Assembly (NCBI GenBank): GCA_035221665.1
Contig: CM069155.1
Span: forward strand, 19,344,001-19,408,000
Reading direction: 5' to 3'
Source: Okamejei kenojei
Taxonomy: Eukaryota
DNA: 64,000 bases
A program made the position numbers and the translations under genes. The notes below the pieces were generated by a model. It saw only the letters and a list, made by a program, of their open reading frames with translations. It was not told the origin of the DNA and searched no databases. Of this stretch, positions 21,607-35,900 are shown one piece after another. Within the stretch, counting starts at the first letter, position 1; each line of letters begins with the position of its first letter.

Positions 21607-24600
21607 TCTATTTCATTTTGAAAAGGTGTACAATTTTTTGAAAAGTCTTCTTTTAAGCACGGAAAAATGCTGTGTTTCACAACCAATGGTAAACCATTTA
21701 GCTTTCTAGAAAATGAGTTCTAGACTGTGGCTCTATAAGACTAAAGAACAAATTAAGAAAGCTTTTCTATCTTTCTATTGCAGAGAATAATGTGCCTATG
21801 ATGCGGAGCTAGGACTAAACAAGGGAAATTGATCTAAATAAGGAATTCATGGCATTTCAATATTTCTTATTTTGCTGCATATTAATCATCAAAAGTATTT
21901 AAAATAATCATTAAATGGTATACACAGTTCAAAAACTGGCCAATCATCTCAACTAGTCCACGTTGTTACACACAATTCCCTCTCTACACCGCAATGAAAG
22001 AAATGAAAGACAAAACTGGTATATTTGGATGTGGATCTAAACAACGAATATGTTCGACTGATTTTAAAAGGCCCACCATTCATATTATATTTTAAATATT
22101 TATGAACAATAACACCCATTTTGCCGATATGCAATTACTACTTGATAATACCCCTTAGAGTGTTTTAGAATGTGAAATATAATCGGGCATGCTGTGATTC
22201 AGAAATGACAATTTCCACAATATAAAAAGTTCCTAAACATTCTCTGATACACATCAACAGTAAATTTAATAATGAACAAGTTCTTAAATACCCAATAGTT
22301 AAATTACATTTTTCTCCCAACACTGACAGCACAAATACTTCACAAATATAAAATGAACTTGACCCATTAGCTAATGGGTTAAGTTAAATGTGCCTCATAG
22401 TTCACAACAAGGATTGAACCAGAGACCTTCCAAGACAGTATAGCTATAAAAATCTGGAAATAAGGTAAAGCAATATTTCATAAAATATCAAGATTTTCAC
22501 TTGTTAACTCGGTTGAAAACACATATGTAAATAATGAATGACAAAATGAACAAATCCAATTGTGCTGTTCTCCAGAAAGCCTGCTTATGCTCAACTCAAG
22601 AAATAAAATGCATGAACCACATCTCATGCAAGAATTAAAAGTAGAAGAGGATTCAGTCACACCATCACAAGTGGTCAATAAGCATGCCAGTATCTGATGG
22701 CAAATCTGGTAAACCTGTAAAATAAGTCAGTTGCATTCAGTGTTTCCTCATTTTTACTAACTTTAACAAATTTTATCCTGAGCAACTAATGCCTACTCAG
22801 GATATGATCTCAAGTAGAACAATTTGTAAAGTAATTCACTAATATACATGTTATGCCCTATCTCAGTTAGAGTGTATGTGGGCATGAAGATAAAGAATCG
22901 AGGGCACAAAAGGGTACACAGAATGTAGCCATCTGATGATTATTACATGTATTCAGCTCTAAAATTTGTATCAATGAATGTGCTTGTGTTAGTTACAATG
23001 AGATATTATGAGGGTAATGTACTATAAGGATATTTGTGAATGGGCATTAGATCCTGACCTCGACATCAATGTCCTTTTTGAAAAATAAATAAAATAAAAA
23101 TGAATAAAATCAGCGCAATAGTAAATAAACTGATCTGTAGGCAGCAGCATGTGCAATATCAACCATGTTTACTTTAAATCCAAACCTCTCCCCGTTGTAC
23201 TCTGACACTTAGCTTGTCCATACCCTGTTGTTTTCATATTTTTGTTCTCAAAAGTACTCCCACCTAGTTTCACATCAGAAAACAAAGACATTTCATCTGC
23301 TCAGCCAAATCATGGATGTAGATTGTGAATAGCTGGCACCATGCATCAATCACTACCGTACCCCACTAGTTGCCTGGGAACCCGATGGCCCTTTTTTTCC
23401 TGTTAACCAACACTCAATCCAAGGAAGTCCCTGGGTTCTGTGCCCAAGGGACATGCTCCATAAGATAATTGCTCCACAAGTCAGAAATGTCCACTTTCGA
23501 CAGTAACCCATATATCACTCTGCATACACATGTTCAAATTATTTCATACCATTGAATACACACCATATCACTACTCATAATTAAACTAATTGAATATTTA
23601 TCGCATCATCCAGTCATTAATGCCTACTATGAAACTTCTTTCTTAATTTGAAAATGCTTTTAAAAGGCATGGAAGAAATTACAGAAATCCTGTAATGCTT
23701 TAAAAGACTTAGAGAACCAAATTGTTACAGTTTACATACAATGCTTTTGATCTGGGAAATGGAATAAGCATAAACAGCTCTTTTATAGCTGTCATGGACC
23801 TAATTGACCAAATGCTTTCTGCATCAGAAAATATAATTTTATCCCAAGGGCAATAGTTCATACTTTCAGTTTTGCAAATGGCTGCAGCCGTTTGCCATCT
23901 CATTCTATTTTTCTGTGTGAATTAGCAGTGGCCGACTGTTGAAAGGAACATTACATTTTTACTTGTTCACTTACAGCGTGTGCTTTTAGTGCAGTAGAGA
24001 TCTAGACTAGAAAAGAGGTAATTAAGCCACATTTTGATCCATTGAAAGTACCCTTGACCAACTCTTGTGGGTTTAGATTTTCCTCCGCCACACATTCAAG
24101 GGAACATGAAACTTGTAAAAAATATTCAAGGGTATATTTTTATGATTTTATTTATTCTCAACAACCTGTTCAGCTCATAGTTTGACAAGTTCACATTTTT
24201 ATAACAATTGTCAGCTATGGTTTCAAATACCCGCAACTTTATATTCCACATGCTGCTCTTCTCCCAAACATTTGCAAATTAACCACTTTCAAATGTTCAC
24301 CATTCAGAATATAATACGCCCTTTAAGCACTATTTTCTGGACGGTGTTTGGTTCCACAAACATTTCCTACATTTACATGTGTCAACTTCAAATATCTAAA
24401 AACATGCAGTGAAATTGCCATATAAATAGTTTTGCCGAATGGAATTAAGCACACAGTTAGCTGTACACAAAAAGCAGCACGGGGAACACTGGAACGTTTT
24501 TGCTCCAAATCTAATAAGAGATCCTCAAAGAATTACCAAATGGCTAATCTAAGAAAAACTCTGTCATTTTTTTGTGCACAGCTCACAATGTTAGATGGGT

Positions 24601-24779
24601 TCACAAACCATCTCATGAACTGTTTCTCCAGTATTTTTCATCAGTCAACATCCTTAAGCCTGTTTAACAAAATAAATAATGCCTAGAGGAATTGAACAGG
24701 TTGCTCTTTCTAATTCTCTACACTGTAATAACAAACACGCACACATATGTGTATGTATATATACATACATAATATACAT

Positions 24780-25466
24780 ATACATACATAAAACATTGTT
24801 TGTTTTGATGTCTGTCTGTCTGTGATATACTGAAATTACGACAAAACGGTATACGATAACGCAACAATTTTTGGACCACCTTCCACACCATTGTCCTGTG
24901 GTGTATTGTGTCAAATTTTGTTCAGATTGATGTTATATTTTACAAGTTATTCACATTTTAAACTTTAGAAAATCTAGTTTGACAAAAATCATTTCAACTT
25001 GCACGGACAATTAGCAGCTTATAACGTCACAATGGTCTCATTTACATAAAATACTTGCCCTGCATGTTACAATGTTAACAAATGACAGGATTCCCAGTGC
25101 AATGAGAGATGTATTACATTGTTGTAAAGAGAGGGAGGGAGTGGGGGAGGGGATGAGCAGAAGGCGAGGATTGTTGTTTAATGTTATTTAAACATTGTGT
25201 TTAGTGGGGGAGTGCGATGGGGGGGGGGGGAGGTGAGGAGTGGGGGAGCAGGGAGATAGATGGAGAGGAGGGGTACAGAGGGGAGAGGGAGGGAGTGACT
25301 GAGGGTAGGGGAAAGGAGAGGGAGGGAGAGGTGAGGGAGTGCTGGGGATATGGGGAAATGAGCCACGCCCGTGCAGTTGGATGCTATGGGCGAGTGGTGG
25401 AATATTGCTTGGAGGGATTAGCTCTCTCCCATGTGACAGGGACCCAATCAGTCCCACTTGGTCTAA
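24780..25466 (+). mobile_element. non-autonomous Helitron, same family (5' end eroded)
   Basis: shares AAAACGGTA..CGATA.CGC and GCTATGGGCGAGTGGTGGAATATTG blocks; ends GGGACCCAATCAGTCCCACTTGGTCTAA|T. Confidence 0.75.
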
Positions 25467-25935
25467 TTTCATAATATAACTCTATTTGTAATAATTTCAT
25501 AATATAACTCTAGTTCATAATATAACTGTGTGTGTTTCAGTGCAGTTTATTTAAAAGTCCATAAATATCATCATTGTTTCATTCCTATTAATTGGATGAC
25601 ATTTAAGGTTTGTGTAGAAAGGAACTGTAGATGTTGGTTTATACCGCAGATAGACGCAAAGTGCTGGATTAACTCAGCGAGTCAGGCAACATCTCTGGAG
25701 AAAAAGGATGGTGACGTGAAGGGCCAGTTTATTTTTTGTGCAATCACGTATAATTAAGCATACACACAATCCACACAACTTTTTATTATTGAAAATAAAT
25801 ACAAGTAATGTTCAAAATTCTGAGATCATTGAGTTAGATGGATTAAATTTATAATAAATTTGGATAAAAATACAAACCAATCATATCACAAATAGAAATT
25901 AAACAAAGATGAAAAAACAAAACTAACTATGGTAC

Positions 25936-26133
25936 CTTCTGAAGAAATGCGTTTAGGCATAGTAGAAACAGGAGCTGGAGAACCATGAGTGGAGGGGTGA
26001 GATGGAGGCCTTGAAGGCCGCGATGGGGGCCTGGTAGGAGAGGCAGCCCGAGGTGGAAGAGAGGTGGAAGCTGATGGGTAGCGAGAAGGTGGGCGAGAGG
26101 AAGGAGATGGGCAAGGCGATGGCCAGGGAACAC
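25936..26133 (-). CDS. ATXN2: ATXN2 exon GVPWPSPCPSPSSRPPSRY...MPKRISSE (198 nt)
   Basis: CAG/GTACCA, phase 1-1. Confidence 0.95.
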
Positions 26134-28955
26134 CTGACAGGACAAATGATATGAAGGAAAGTAAAAACTAAGGAAAATGATAATACAAGCAACAGAAAAA
26201 GATAAATAGAATTTATAATAGTATATATGGACAAAAAGTTTGCATTATGAAAATATTTAGAACACAATTAAAGAAAAAAGTTTTTCAATATTCTGTGCTT
26301 GTTGACAAGTAATATGGAGCATTTTGTAAAACCCTGTACAATTTATCTTGGATTTTTTTTTAAAGCAAATTAGGATTAATTAAAAATGTAATTAAGATGC
26401 AAATTGAAATATCAATCCTGCTGTCCACCAAAATCTAACTATAATATGATATTGATCAAAATATGAACGCACAAATGCTATAATTTATTGCAATTTTATT
26501 TAAATATAGCAATAGAATAGCTAGTTCCTTTTTTTTCATTCATTTGGAAAGGTTTAAAAGTTGTAAATAAAGAGAAAGAAAATTCATTTTCAGGGCAGTT
26601 TTGGTATATGTGTGCGTTCAAGAAACTTAGTGAATCTAAAAAGAATAGAACACTATTCTGAACTGCTGCTGTTCAGCTGGTGAAAGTACTCCCAAACTGC
26701 TATTAGGATGGGAGTTCCAACATTTAAAAATTGCTACAAAGAAAAAGAAAAACTGTTTCACAATCAGGATTGTGCACTATTTGAATTTTAAAAAAAATGT
26801 AGATAGTGATGTTTCAATGTTTTTCTCAATATCGTGGAGATAGAGGTTAGGGTGAGGTCAATTATACCGATTGGGTTCGTTTTGTGGACAACTCGGATTG
26901 CATCCTCAATGAGATGCTAACAGAGGGAATAAGATATACAGATAGATTTTATAAATGTTTACGGTCATGGATGGAGAGTAAATAATGTAGCTGCAGTGTC
27001 CTGGGGTTGAAATGACTGAGGTTCATTCCTCCACTCAAATGTATTTGGGATGCCAGAAAGTGAATCATTCCTTCTGGGATACCAAACATCTGATCACACA
27101 TATCTTGTTGAAAATGTATGTCTAATTGAGTTTCTGGTCAATGATGACCATGGGGATGTTAATGAAAGGGAACTGGGCATTGATATTGTCTTACGATGCA
27201 GTGAAGATTTACCATAATAGAATTCTTGAAACAAAGCTAGGAGTTCCATATCTACACAAAGAAAGCCATGTGTGGATAAGAGAAGAGAGTTGGCAGTGAC
27301 AGATTAGATAGTTTCATCCAATTACATGGTATGTAGAGATAACGACTTAGATTTAAGAAACAAATGTACATTGTAACTATGTAACATATATACTAAGTGA
27401 ATAACAATTGCAATAGTTAATCACTACTGCTGGGTGTAAAAATATAAGAGAATGTTGCCCAGCCATGGCTAATAATCCTGATTCAGTATAACATGATTCA
27501 ATTGAGTCATACTAGATTTCCAGATAATAGTTGCAAACCTGAAAACTGAAAGCAGTTTAGATTTCAAAGGTCACAGAAATGTATAAGAGGGGAAATAGTA
27601 CGAATGCAAACGTGCAGGGAAAAAATATATATTGTACATAAAAGGGCAGAAAAGCCTATGCCTATTCTTTTTAATCCTTCTATCCCTTCAATGTGCCAAA
27701 CAAGATTAAATTCTCAGCCTGGTGTTTTTACAAACATGTAAACCTCCTGTGTTCATTTTCAAAAATCTTTTAACAAGAGGATTAAATTCATATTGCCTCG
27801 ATCTATGCGGCAGTTTTTTTTTTTTAAGTACACAGAGCAACTAGATGTTACAAATACCAAAAGAGAAGCATAACCAATTCACTGCCATTTCAAAAATCTT
27901 TAGTCGAACATTTAGAAGTCATATGTAAATATCCCGCATATCACTAATATTTGCCCAACGAATTCCTGAGAAATCCAAGTGTAATTGAAACCAAATTTTA
28001 CTCGAGAGAAAAATAACCTATACTTGTGATGCAGTTACACAAAATCACAACACGGTTGGCCGGGAAGAGCAAGCTTCTAACCGCCAAGTATGGTACCACC
28101 TGATCTATCAAGTCACACGCCATCTTGAAGCCCAACACTCCATGCAGAGGTGGAACATTAGAAGGGGCAGACGGGGAGCAAACCAAGACTCCAAATACCA
28201 CTCCCCAAAGAAACAACAAGCCTTTAATGACGAAGAAGCGTGCAGTCAGAAATCAGATTCCTCAGACAACCTTTTAAGCCTATTTGGTAGTACCCTCATT
28301 TTCAAGGCACTGCCACAGATTAAATGATTAATAATCCAAATAGTTATTAAGGAGACATATTGCCACAGAAGATCTTATGCCATAATTTATACCAAATCTA
28401 AAATTCCTTTGTGGTTTTATAATTAGAGATGAAGAAGATTTATAGACTAGCTTTATAGAAGGGAAAGAGGGGAAAGGGAAGCATCTACCTATTTCTAAAG
28501 TGTATAAAAATTAGGACCCAATTTTGCATAAAATGAATAAAAATATCTAATAAAAAACTGAACTCCAAATTGCAAACAAGCCCACAAATCTGCCTTTTAG
28601 GGGATGCTTGTCAATGTGCTGTATGTTAACCAATAAAAGGCATTGTTCTGAACCCATTAGTGAAAACAAATAAACATTTTCTATTGTGATAATCTACCTT
28701 TAAATGTGCACAATTGCCACAACCCAATGACCATGTACCACCAATGTGGTTTTAATGACATGATTTCAATAATACTACAGTATACAAAATAAGGGACCCA
28801 GATTGGTGAATTGGATGTTTAAGTGCCACTAGTGAACGTTGATACTTTCACTTCTGCAGACTGCCACGGAAATAAAACTTTAGATGGTATTGACTGTACA
28901 CACAATGATCATATTTATTACCTGCCTTGTTCTCACATTAAACATGAACACTTAC

Positions 28956-29134
28956 CACCATTCACTACTCTTTGGTCAGTTCCAGAATTAGGACTGTAAT
29001 CCGATGTATGTGATCCAGCCCGAGAAGGTGGTGGGCCTGAACCAGATTGTCCAATTCTTGGTGAATGTTGTCGCGCACTTCCCCATGACATTCCATCTCT
29101 GTTTCTTTGCCCAGGTGGAATGTATTTATTTTCT
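28956..29134 (-). CDS. ATXN2: ATXN2 exon ENKYIPPGQRNR...DQRVVNG (179 nt)
   Basis: TAG acceptor after long C-rich tract, GTAAGT donor; phase 2-1. Confidence 0.95.
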
Positions 29135-30318
29135 CTAGGAGGAGGAAGTGGGATGGGTGGAGGAGAGGGGGTAGGTGGAGGGCGGAGAGAAAATAATACA
29201 TTTTATTCTTGGATTAAATTAACAAATATAACAGCAGCACAAAGCAATCAATTTGACATTTGGGTTGCTATCAATGGGGAGCCAGCCATTCAGGGATCAA
29301 ATATTCCCAGTCACCAGTACGACAGATGTGAACGAGAACAATGGTTGGCACATCACAAGAGCAATGCATTCTAACCCCATGTTCACACATACATATTTAC
29401 AACAAGGATTAATAAAGAGCAATCAAGCTTCTGAATTCGGAGATTGAGAAGGTAAAATCGGACAACGTCACCTATTCCTTCGCTCCATAGATGCTGCCTC
29501 ACCCGCTGAGTTTCTCCAGCAACTTTGTCTACCTTCAAGTTTTGGAATGGTTACTCTTCTCAAACCTAACCAAATGAAACTTACAATATTGCACTAGCAA
29601 CAAAGGATGCACCAAACAGTGTGACGGAATTGCAAGATGTTTGCAACACTTGTGGTGTCGGTTATGTCCATGTCAAATGGCGCTGATAATTCATTAGTTA
29701 CAAACAATTGCTTTCTGTATAGAAAGAAGTAATAATAATATTTTTTACCCACTGATCCCCTAGTATTAAAGCAAATGGGGAAGTGAAATGATTTATAAAA
29801 GGTGGGTAGGTATTCAATGAAATAAATTATGAGTGGCAACCAGAAAGTACAAAACCATAGGAAGAGCATTTATCTTTAATAGCACTACCTCAAGTCTTTC
29901 CTTTTGGAGCTACCTCTCATTTTTCTAAACCCTGATATCCTAGATAATTCTTTTTTTCCCCAACACTAAATTTCCTAAAATTATATATTTTTTAATTTTG
30001 CCTGAAAATTCTCCCCGCAATTAATTTTGTATTAATGTGTCCAGAACTTCATTCGCCAAGTTCAGGAAAGAGGCTTTACATATGCATTCCATCAGGTGGT
30101 CTAAACTTAAAAAGCACCAAATCTTGAATGAGATAATAAACCAATCTCATACAATGGCTAAAGTGCTCATGACGCAGTCCTCAAGAATAGCACGGGACCG
30201 ATTCCCAGCCCAGGTCTACATCTTGCCCTCAATCAACAAAAAACAAATTGTTTTCCAAACCTTTACAACTTAGGTAGTTCAAATACATATAGGTATTTCA
30301 ATCCAAAACTGTTAATAC

Positions 30319-30516
30319 CTAGAGATAACACCATGGCTCTCGCGCTCATTGGGAGATCTTTGTACAGCTGTATATTTCTCCTCCTCTGTCCTTTCATCAT
30401 TTTCTAATGCAGCTCTTGCCTTATATTGGGCACTTGATTCAATTTCTTCAGCAAGTTGAGCTGCTCTTGCTTCCCGTCGTAAAAACTCTTCAGAATTATC
30501 CCTTTCCAAAGGTACC
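30319..30516 (-). CDS. ATXN2: ATXN2 exon, LsmAD, VPLERDNSEEFLRREARAAQLAEEIES... (198 nt)
   Basis: within ORF 30312..30686; phase 2-2. Confidence 0.97.
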
Positions 30517-31109
30517 CTGTAAGATATGATAGGAGGAATATTGAAGGAAATAAAGTCATGTATAATCAAAGACCAAATCAATGTGAATAAAACAAGGGGA
30601 AAAAAACATTCCTCAGATATAGTAGTTCGTAAGTGCTCGGAGCAGAATGAGGCCATTTGGCCCATCAAGTCTACTCCGCCATTCAATCATTGCTGATCTA
30701 TCTTCCCCTCTCAACCCAGTTCTCCAGCCTTCTCCCCATAACCACTAACACACGTACCAATCAGTAGTAATGTTTAAAAAAAATCTTAAAACAAAAAAAA
30801 AAAGGACAAACAATAATCACGTCGGCCTCATAACTCGGTATGATCATAACTCATCTATCCCAGACCTTAACTCCTTAGCACCAGTTCACCAGTCTTCAAT
30901 CCACAATCTCTCAAAAATGTATTGACCTCCATATTCAATACTTCTAATAGAGAATTCCAAAGATTCACTGCCGGAACATATTTTGCGGCAATGCCATGTT
31001 AAAAGACCGAGACCTTATCTTGAAAAATGTCTACTTATTTGAGTCTCTCTCACTAGTGGAAACATCTCAGCATCTACGCTGTCATACCTCCTCAGAATCT
31101 ACCATATTC

Positions 31110-31630
31110 ACAAGTTATAGAAGTAGAATTAGACCATTCGGCCCATCGAGCCTATTCAATCATGTCTGATCTCTGCCTTCTAATCCCATCTTCCGGCCTT
31201 CTCCCCATAACCCTTGACACCCTTTCTAATCAAGAAACTATCTCTGCCTTAAAAAATATCCACTGAGTTGGCCTCCACAGCCCCCTGAGGCAATGAGTTT
31301 CACAGATTAACCACCCTGACTAAAGTTCCTCCTCACCTCCTTTCTAAAAGAGCGACCTTTAATTCTGAGGCTATGACCTCCGGTCCTAGACTCTTCCACC
31401 AGTGGAAACATGCTTTCCACATCCACTCTATCTATGCATTTCATTATTCTGTAAGTTTCAATGAGATTCCCCCCTCAACCTTCTAAACTCCAGCGAGTAC
31501 AGGCCCAGAGCTGTCAAACGCTCATCAAATGCTAACCCATTCATTCCTGGAATAATTCTTGTAAATCTCCTCTGGACCCTCTCCAGAGCGAACACATCCT
31601 TCCTCAGATATGGGGCCCAAATTTGCTCAC
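31110..31630 (-). mobile_element. CR1 LINE 3' fragment
   Basis: QIWAPYLRKDVFALERVQRRFTRIIPGM...[11 protein letters not shown]. Confidence 0.88.
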
Positions 31631-32277
31631 ATATTTCACCCCTCATTCTTCTACACTCCAAACAATTCAAATCCAATTTATTTGGTCTGGAGAATCTACT
31701 TTAGACTGCTTCCAATGCCATATTTTTCTATGATAACAGGATTAAAACTGCTTCCAATGCTATATTTTTCTAAGTTAAGAGCATAGTATTCCAAATGTGG
31801 CCTCGCCAACGCTTTGTACAACTAACAAAACAACCTCATTTCTAAACTCCAACCATCTTGCCAATATGCTATCTTTCACTCGATGCCCCTGGCTGCTAAG
31901 TTTTTCCAGTTCATGCACGAACATGGATCTCTCTGTACTTCATACATTCAAATGTATAATTTCTTTATATTTAGATAATCTGCCTTTTGAAATAAATCCA
32001 TATTGAAGATTCAATTTATTATTCATTTTTAGTTGAAACATCCCTGTACTAGACAGAGCAGGTACCATATTTTGTGAAAACAAAAGTACTGAGTAAATAA
32101 GGACACAGCTTTTAAAAGGACTCCACAGTCATCAATAAACAATACAGATTTACGGTCAATTTTCACAACAGTATGAATCACGTTAAATTTTCAATTTAAT
32201 AATAAATAATTTGGCGACGAAGCCTTTAAGTACATTACCGCCTAGAAAAGTATTTGATTATTGAAATGTATACTTAC

Positions 32278-32369
32278 GTATACGAAGACAAACTACTGTC
32301 ATAGGTTGATCTTACTCCGTAGGTTTCTTCGTTAAATCTAAACATGTCATTGGGGTCCCAACCATTAGA
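32278..32369 (-). CDS. ATXN2: ATXN2 exon, LsmAD, SNGWDPNDMFRFNEETYGVRSTYDSSLSSY(T) (92 nt)
   Basis: CAG/GTAAGT, phase 0-2. Confidence 0.97.
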
Positions 32370-32869
32370 CTGAGGACACAAATGAAAGTATTTATATAAA
32401 ACCTCCAACACAGAGATCTTAAAAAGAAAAGTATTAACTGAATGTTAAATGATAATTAAATAATCTGCTCATTCATGAAGACAAAATAAACTGCAGTTGC
32501 TGAATCCTGTGCAAATTACAAAGTGCTGGAGAAGCTCAGCAGGTCAGGATGCATCTGGAGGGAATGGACAGATGACGATTCAGGTTGAGGACCTTCTGCA
32601 GACTGATGATAGTTGAACTTCTACGTTAATCTTTTGAGCATTTGATAATTCAGAGCAGTGCTCTTCTTCATATGTAGTCCTGCCCTTCAATTTGGAGCCA
32701 ATTCCCACAAGAGCACCCGATTCTGGCTAGAAGCTGCATTCTGATCTGCTACCCTTTCCACCACTTTCCAATCTAACTCCAGACACTAACTCCCAATCAT
32801 AACACACGACTCATCCTGACAACTTCACAATCTCCACCCTCCCAATCCCAGAAGACAGCCAAATTTTAG

Positions 32870-33080
32870 TTTAGTCCAGAGATATAGCATGGAAACAGGC
32901 CCGTTGGCCCATCGAGTCCATGCCGACTAGTAATCACCCATACACTAGTTCTATCCTGCACAGATGTAGATGTACAATTTTACAGGAGCCAATTAACCTA
33001 CAAGCCTGCACGTCTTTGGAACGTGGAAGGGAACTAAAGCACCCGGAGAAAACACACACAGACACAGGGGGAACCTACCG
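32870..33080 (-). mobile_element. HE1-like SINE fragment
   Basis: reverse complement of SINE core and CR1-type tail (GGAAACAGGCCC). Confidence 0.7.
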
Positions 33081-33479
33081 CCCAAGTCTGACTGCCAAAC
33101 ACATCCTTTCCTCCCAAACTCTATGCACTTTCTTTCATGTCCACTGCAATAGTGCAGCACATACAAGAAATGCATTAGAGCCATTCAACAACACCCCAAC
33201 GATGTATGATACCCACACTACACACAAGAGAATGAAGTCTTATCCATATAGAAAAGGCAGTAATTTCTGTGGATCCACCAGCAATATGGAATAATAAGAC
33301 TGAAAACCATAATGCAATAACCCATAGAAAGCAATTGTAAATTTTTTCCAGACATTTACACTATTTTCTCATTGTTTACCTATTTGTACATTTTTCCTCA
33401 GAGCTATAATCCCCTATCCTGATGGACTGCCTAGGAAGAAATGAGACAGCTAAGCTAACCACTGATAAAGATATGGGAA

Positions 33480-33695
33480 AAAAGGGACATAAATTGCTGG
33501 AGTAACTCATTGGGTCAGGCAACATCTCTGGAAAACGAGAAGTGACATTTCGGGTCGGGATTTCTTCAGCGTGAAGAAAGATTCCAAACGAAACGTCAAC
33601 TATCCACGTTCCCCAGGGATGCTGCCAGGCCCGCTGAGTTACTTTAGCACTGTGTCTTTTTTTGTTAATCAGCATCAGCAGTTCCTTGTTTCTAT
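33480..33695. mobile_element. second palindromic pair of Penelope terminal repeats
   Basis: GCTGGAGTAACTCA..GGCAACATC ... GATGCTGCC..TGAGTTACT inverted arms. Confidence 0.7.
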
Positions 33696-34367
33696 TAAAA
33701 TATATGAAAACATGTTTGGGGGGGGTGGGGGTGCTGTAACAATTGACAGTCGATCAACTTTCTATCTATTCACAGAACTACGATATTTCAATATAAATTA
33801 TACTGGAGACAATAAGGGGAGACATTTGATAACAGTGATATCTTGATTTGCCCAGGAAATAATATTTATGTGGCACCACAAATACTACTACATCAGAAAA
33901 TGTTTTGAATTCAAATGGCTAACATTCTGTTGGCCTAGACCGTTAAGAATTGGCTCAAATAAATCTTGTGAACAGGTCAATGGAATTTATTTTAATGGAA
34001 ATTATCCTGAAGAACCAAAATTCAGATATGCTACACTCTTTCGCACTACATTTCCGTATACAAAAAAAAATATCCGACTACTCTTCACTCCCTGTGGTAC
34101 CCTAAAACTGATCCAATACATTTTACATGGCTCTACGAAGTAAACCTTGTCATACTATGACGGTGGAGGAGATACAGGCATGGCTGCATACTCTCTGACT
34201 CTCACCACCTCCAGCAGAATAATGAAAATAAACTGGATTGCTTGATTTTTAGAATATATCTTAGAGAAAAAGTAGGTACAATGTGTACCCAATAGCATAA
34301 TTTTAATTTTATGCTGGCTACTTCTGTGTAGTCTTCATCTAAAAATGTTAAATAGATAAATATTTAC

Positions 34368-34489
34368 CACATCCGATTCCAGAGCCTCCAAATCTTCATT
34401 GGTACTATCACCACCATCCCATGGTTCTAGATCTTTATCTTTGTGCTCACCATTTAGTCTGGAGCCAATGGCAGCATCAGTAAATGCAT
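34368..34489 (-). CDS. ATXN2: ATXN2 exon DAFTDAAIGSRLNGEHKDKDLEPWDGG...ALESDV (122 nt)
   Basis: CAG/GTAAAT, phase 1-0; matches human DAFTDSAISAKVNGEHKEKDLEPWD. Confidence 0.96.
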
Positions 34490-35249
34490 CTGAAATCGCA
34501 ATTAAAGTACTTTAAAAAATAAAATACATGTTAAGCTATGGTATGAAATACTTTCAAGTGTTAATTGCAAATATTTATGGAATCATCCAAAGGCGAGCTT
34601 TAATATAATATATACAAAGGTAATTAAGTTGTATTACTATAAATCATTTTATGCATTATACATTCCATTGGGGCATAATGCGTACATAAAAATGCCAATT
34701 CTACAGAAATGACTGGATCAACTACAAATTTGCAGACAAATGTACAAACAAAGCATTTGTTACCAGATTTGCTCCATTTCAATAAAAATAGACATGTTAA
34801 GACAATATTATATTTAATTAAAATTATATAAAATTAAAGGCATGTTCAAACATTGTAAGACAAAAGCAAGTTTCTAATCCGTAATAAAATAAGCAGATGA
34901 TAATTGTCATTTACATTTTCTTCTATAAAGGCAAGACCATTTGAAAAGTGGATCAACAGATGTTGTGGAAACACCCCACAAAATAGTAATAATATTAATA
35001 TTTAAAAATGGAAAGATGCAGATTTGAACTTTCAAGTTCCCCATCTGAGCTGTGCCAAGAAAAGTTCTGGGTTGAAATCAAGGCAGCCCAAGAAGGAAAA
35101 AGTGGGAGCATTCATTGGTGTAATTATGTGCCTCTTAGATGTTACTCAAAAGATGGAAGAAAAGTGAAACCAGTTGACAACCATAAAAATCAGAAGCGCA
35201 CAACATGGAAACACCCTGGCACGTCCAAACCAATCATTGGGCTTCCTTC

Positions 35250-35900
35250 CATATTAATCCCATCATCCAGCACTTGATCCATTGCCCTTTATGCCTAAAC
35301 ACTTCAAATGCTCATCTGGAGAGGACTTAAATGCTGTTAGCAATCCAGCTTCAACTGTTTTCTCCGGCAGCACATACCAGTAAAGGTGATCGTCCTCATA
35401 TCCCCTCTAAACCTCTTCCTCCTTATCCCACACTTAAGTCCTCTAGAATCGTCTTGCCTCTGATACAGGGAAAAGTTTCCTACAGTCTACACTATCTGTA
35501 CTCAATTTTATATACCTCAATCATACCCCATGTTAACCTCCTCTACTTCAAGGAGATCCAACTTGGCTTGTCCATTCTCTCCTCTACTCCATGCAACATC
35601 CTGGTAAATCTCCTCTGCACCCTCCCCAACAATATCACGTTTCCTAAAACTTGGTGACCAGGGCTCCAGCTGAGGGCTTCCCAAGCTTTTATAAAATTGG
35701 AACATAACCTGTCAACTTCTGCATTCAAAGGCAGTATCCCAAATACTTTCATAATCACATTATCTACAAGCAATACCACTTTCTGCATCGCCAATTTAAA
35801 AAGATCTATGGACATATTCCAAGGACCCTCTGTTGCTCAATATTCCTCAAGACATTACCATTCTTGCAATATGTTCTACCCCCATTATGCTCCCCATTCT
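35250..35900 (-). mobile_element. degenerate CR1 LINE 3' fragment
   Basis: LLGRVQRRFTRML motif in ORF 35543..35815. Confidence 0.75.

Noticed and set aside
28918-28955. second donor CAG|GTAATA 34 nt downstream of the 28956 donor
   Set aside because: the extension is out of frame and contains a TGA; no supporting evidence
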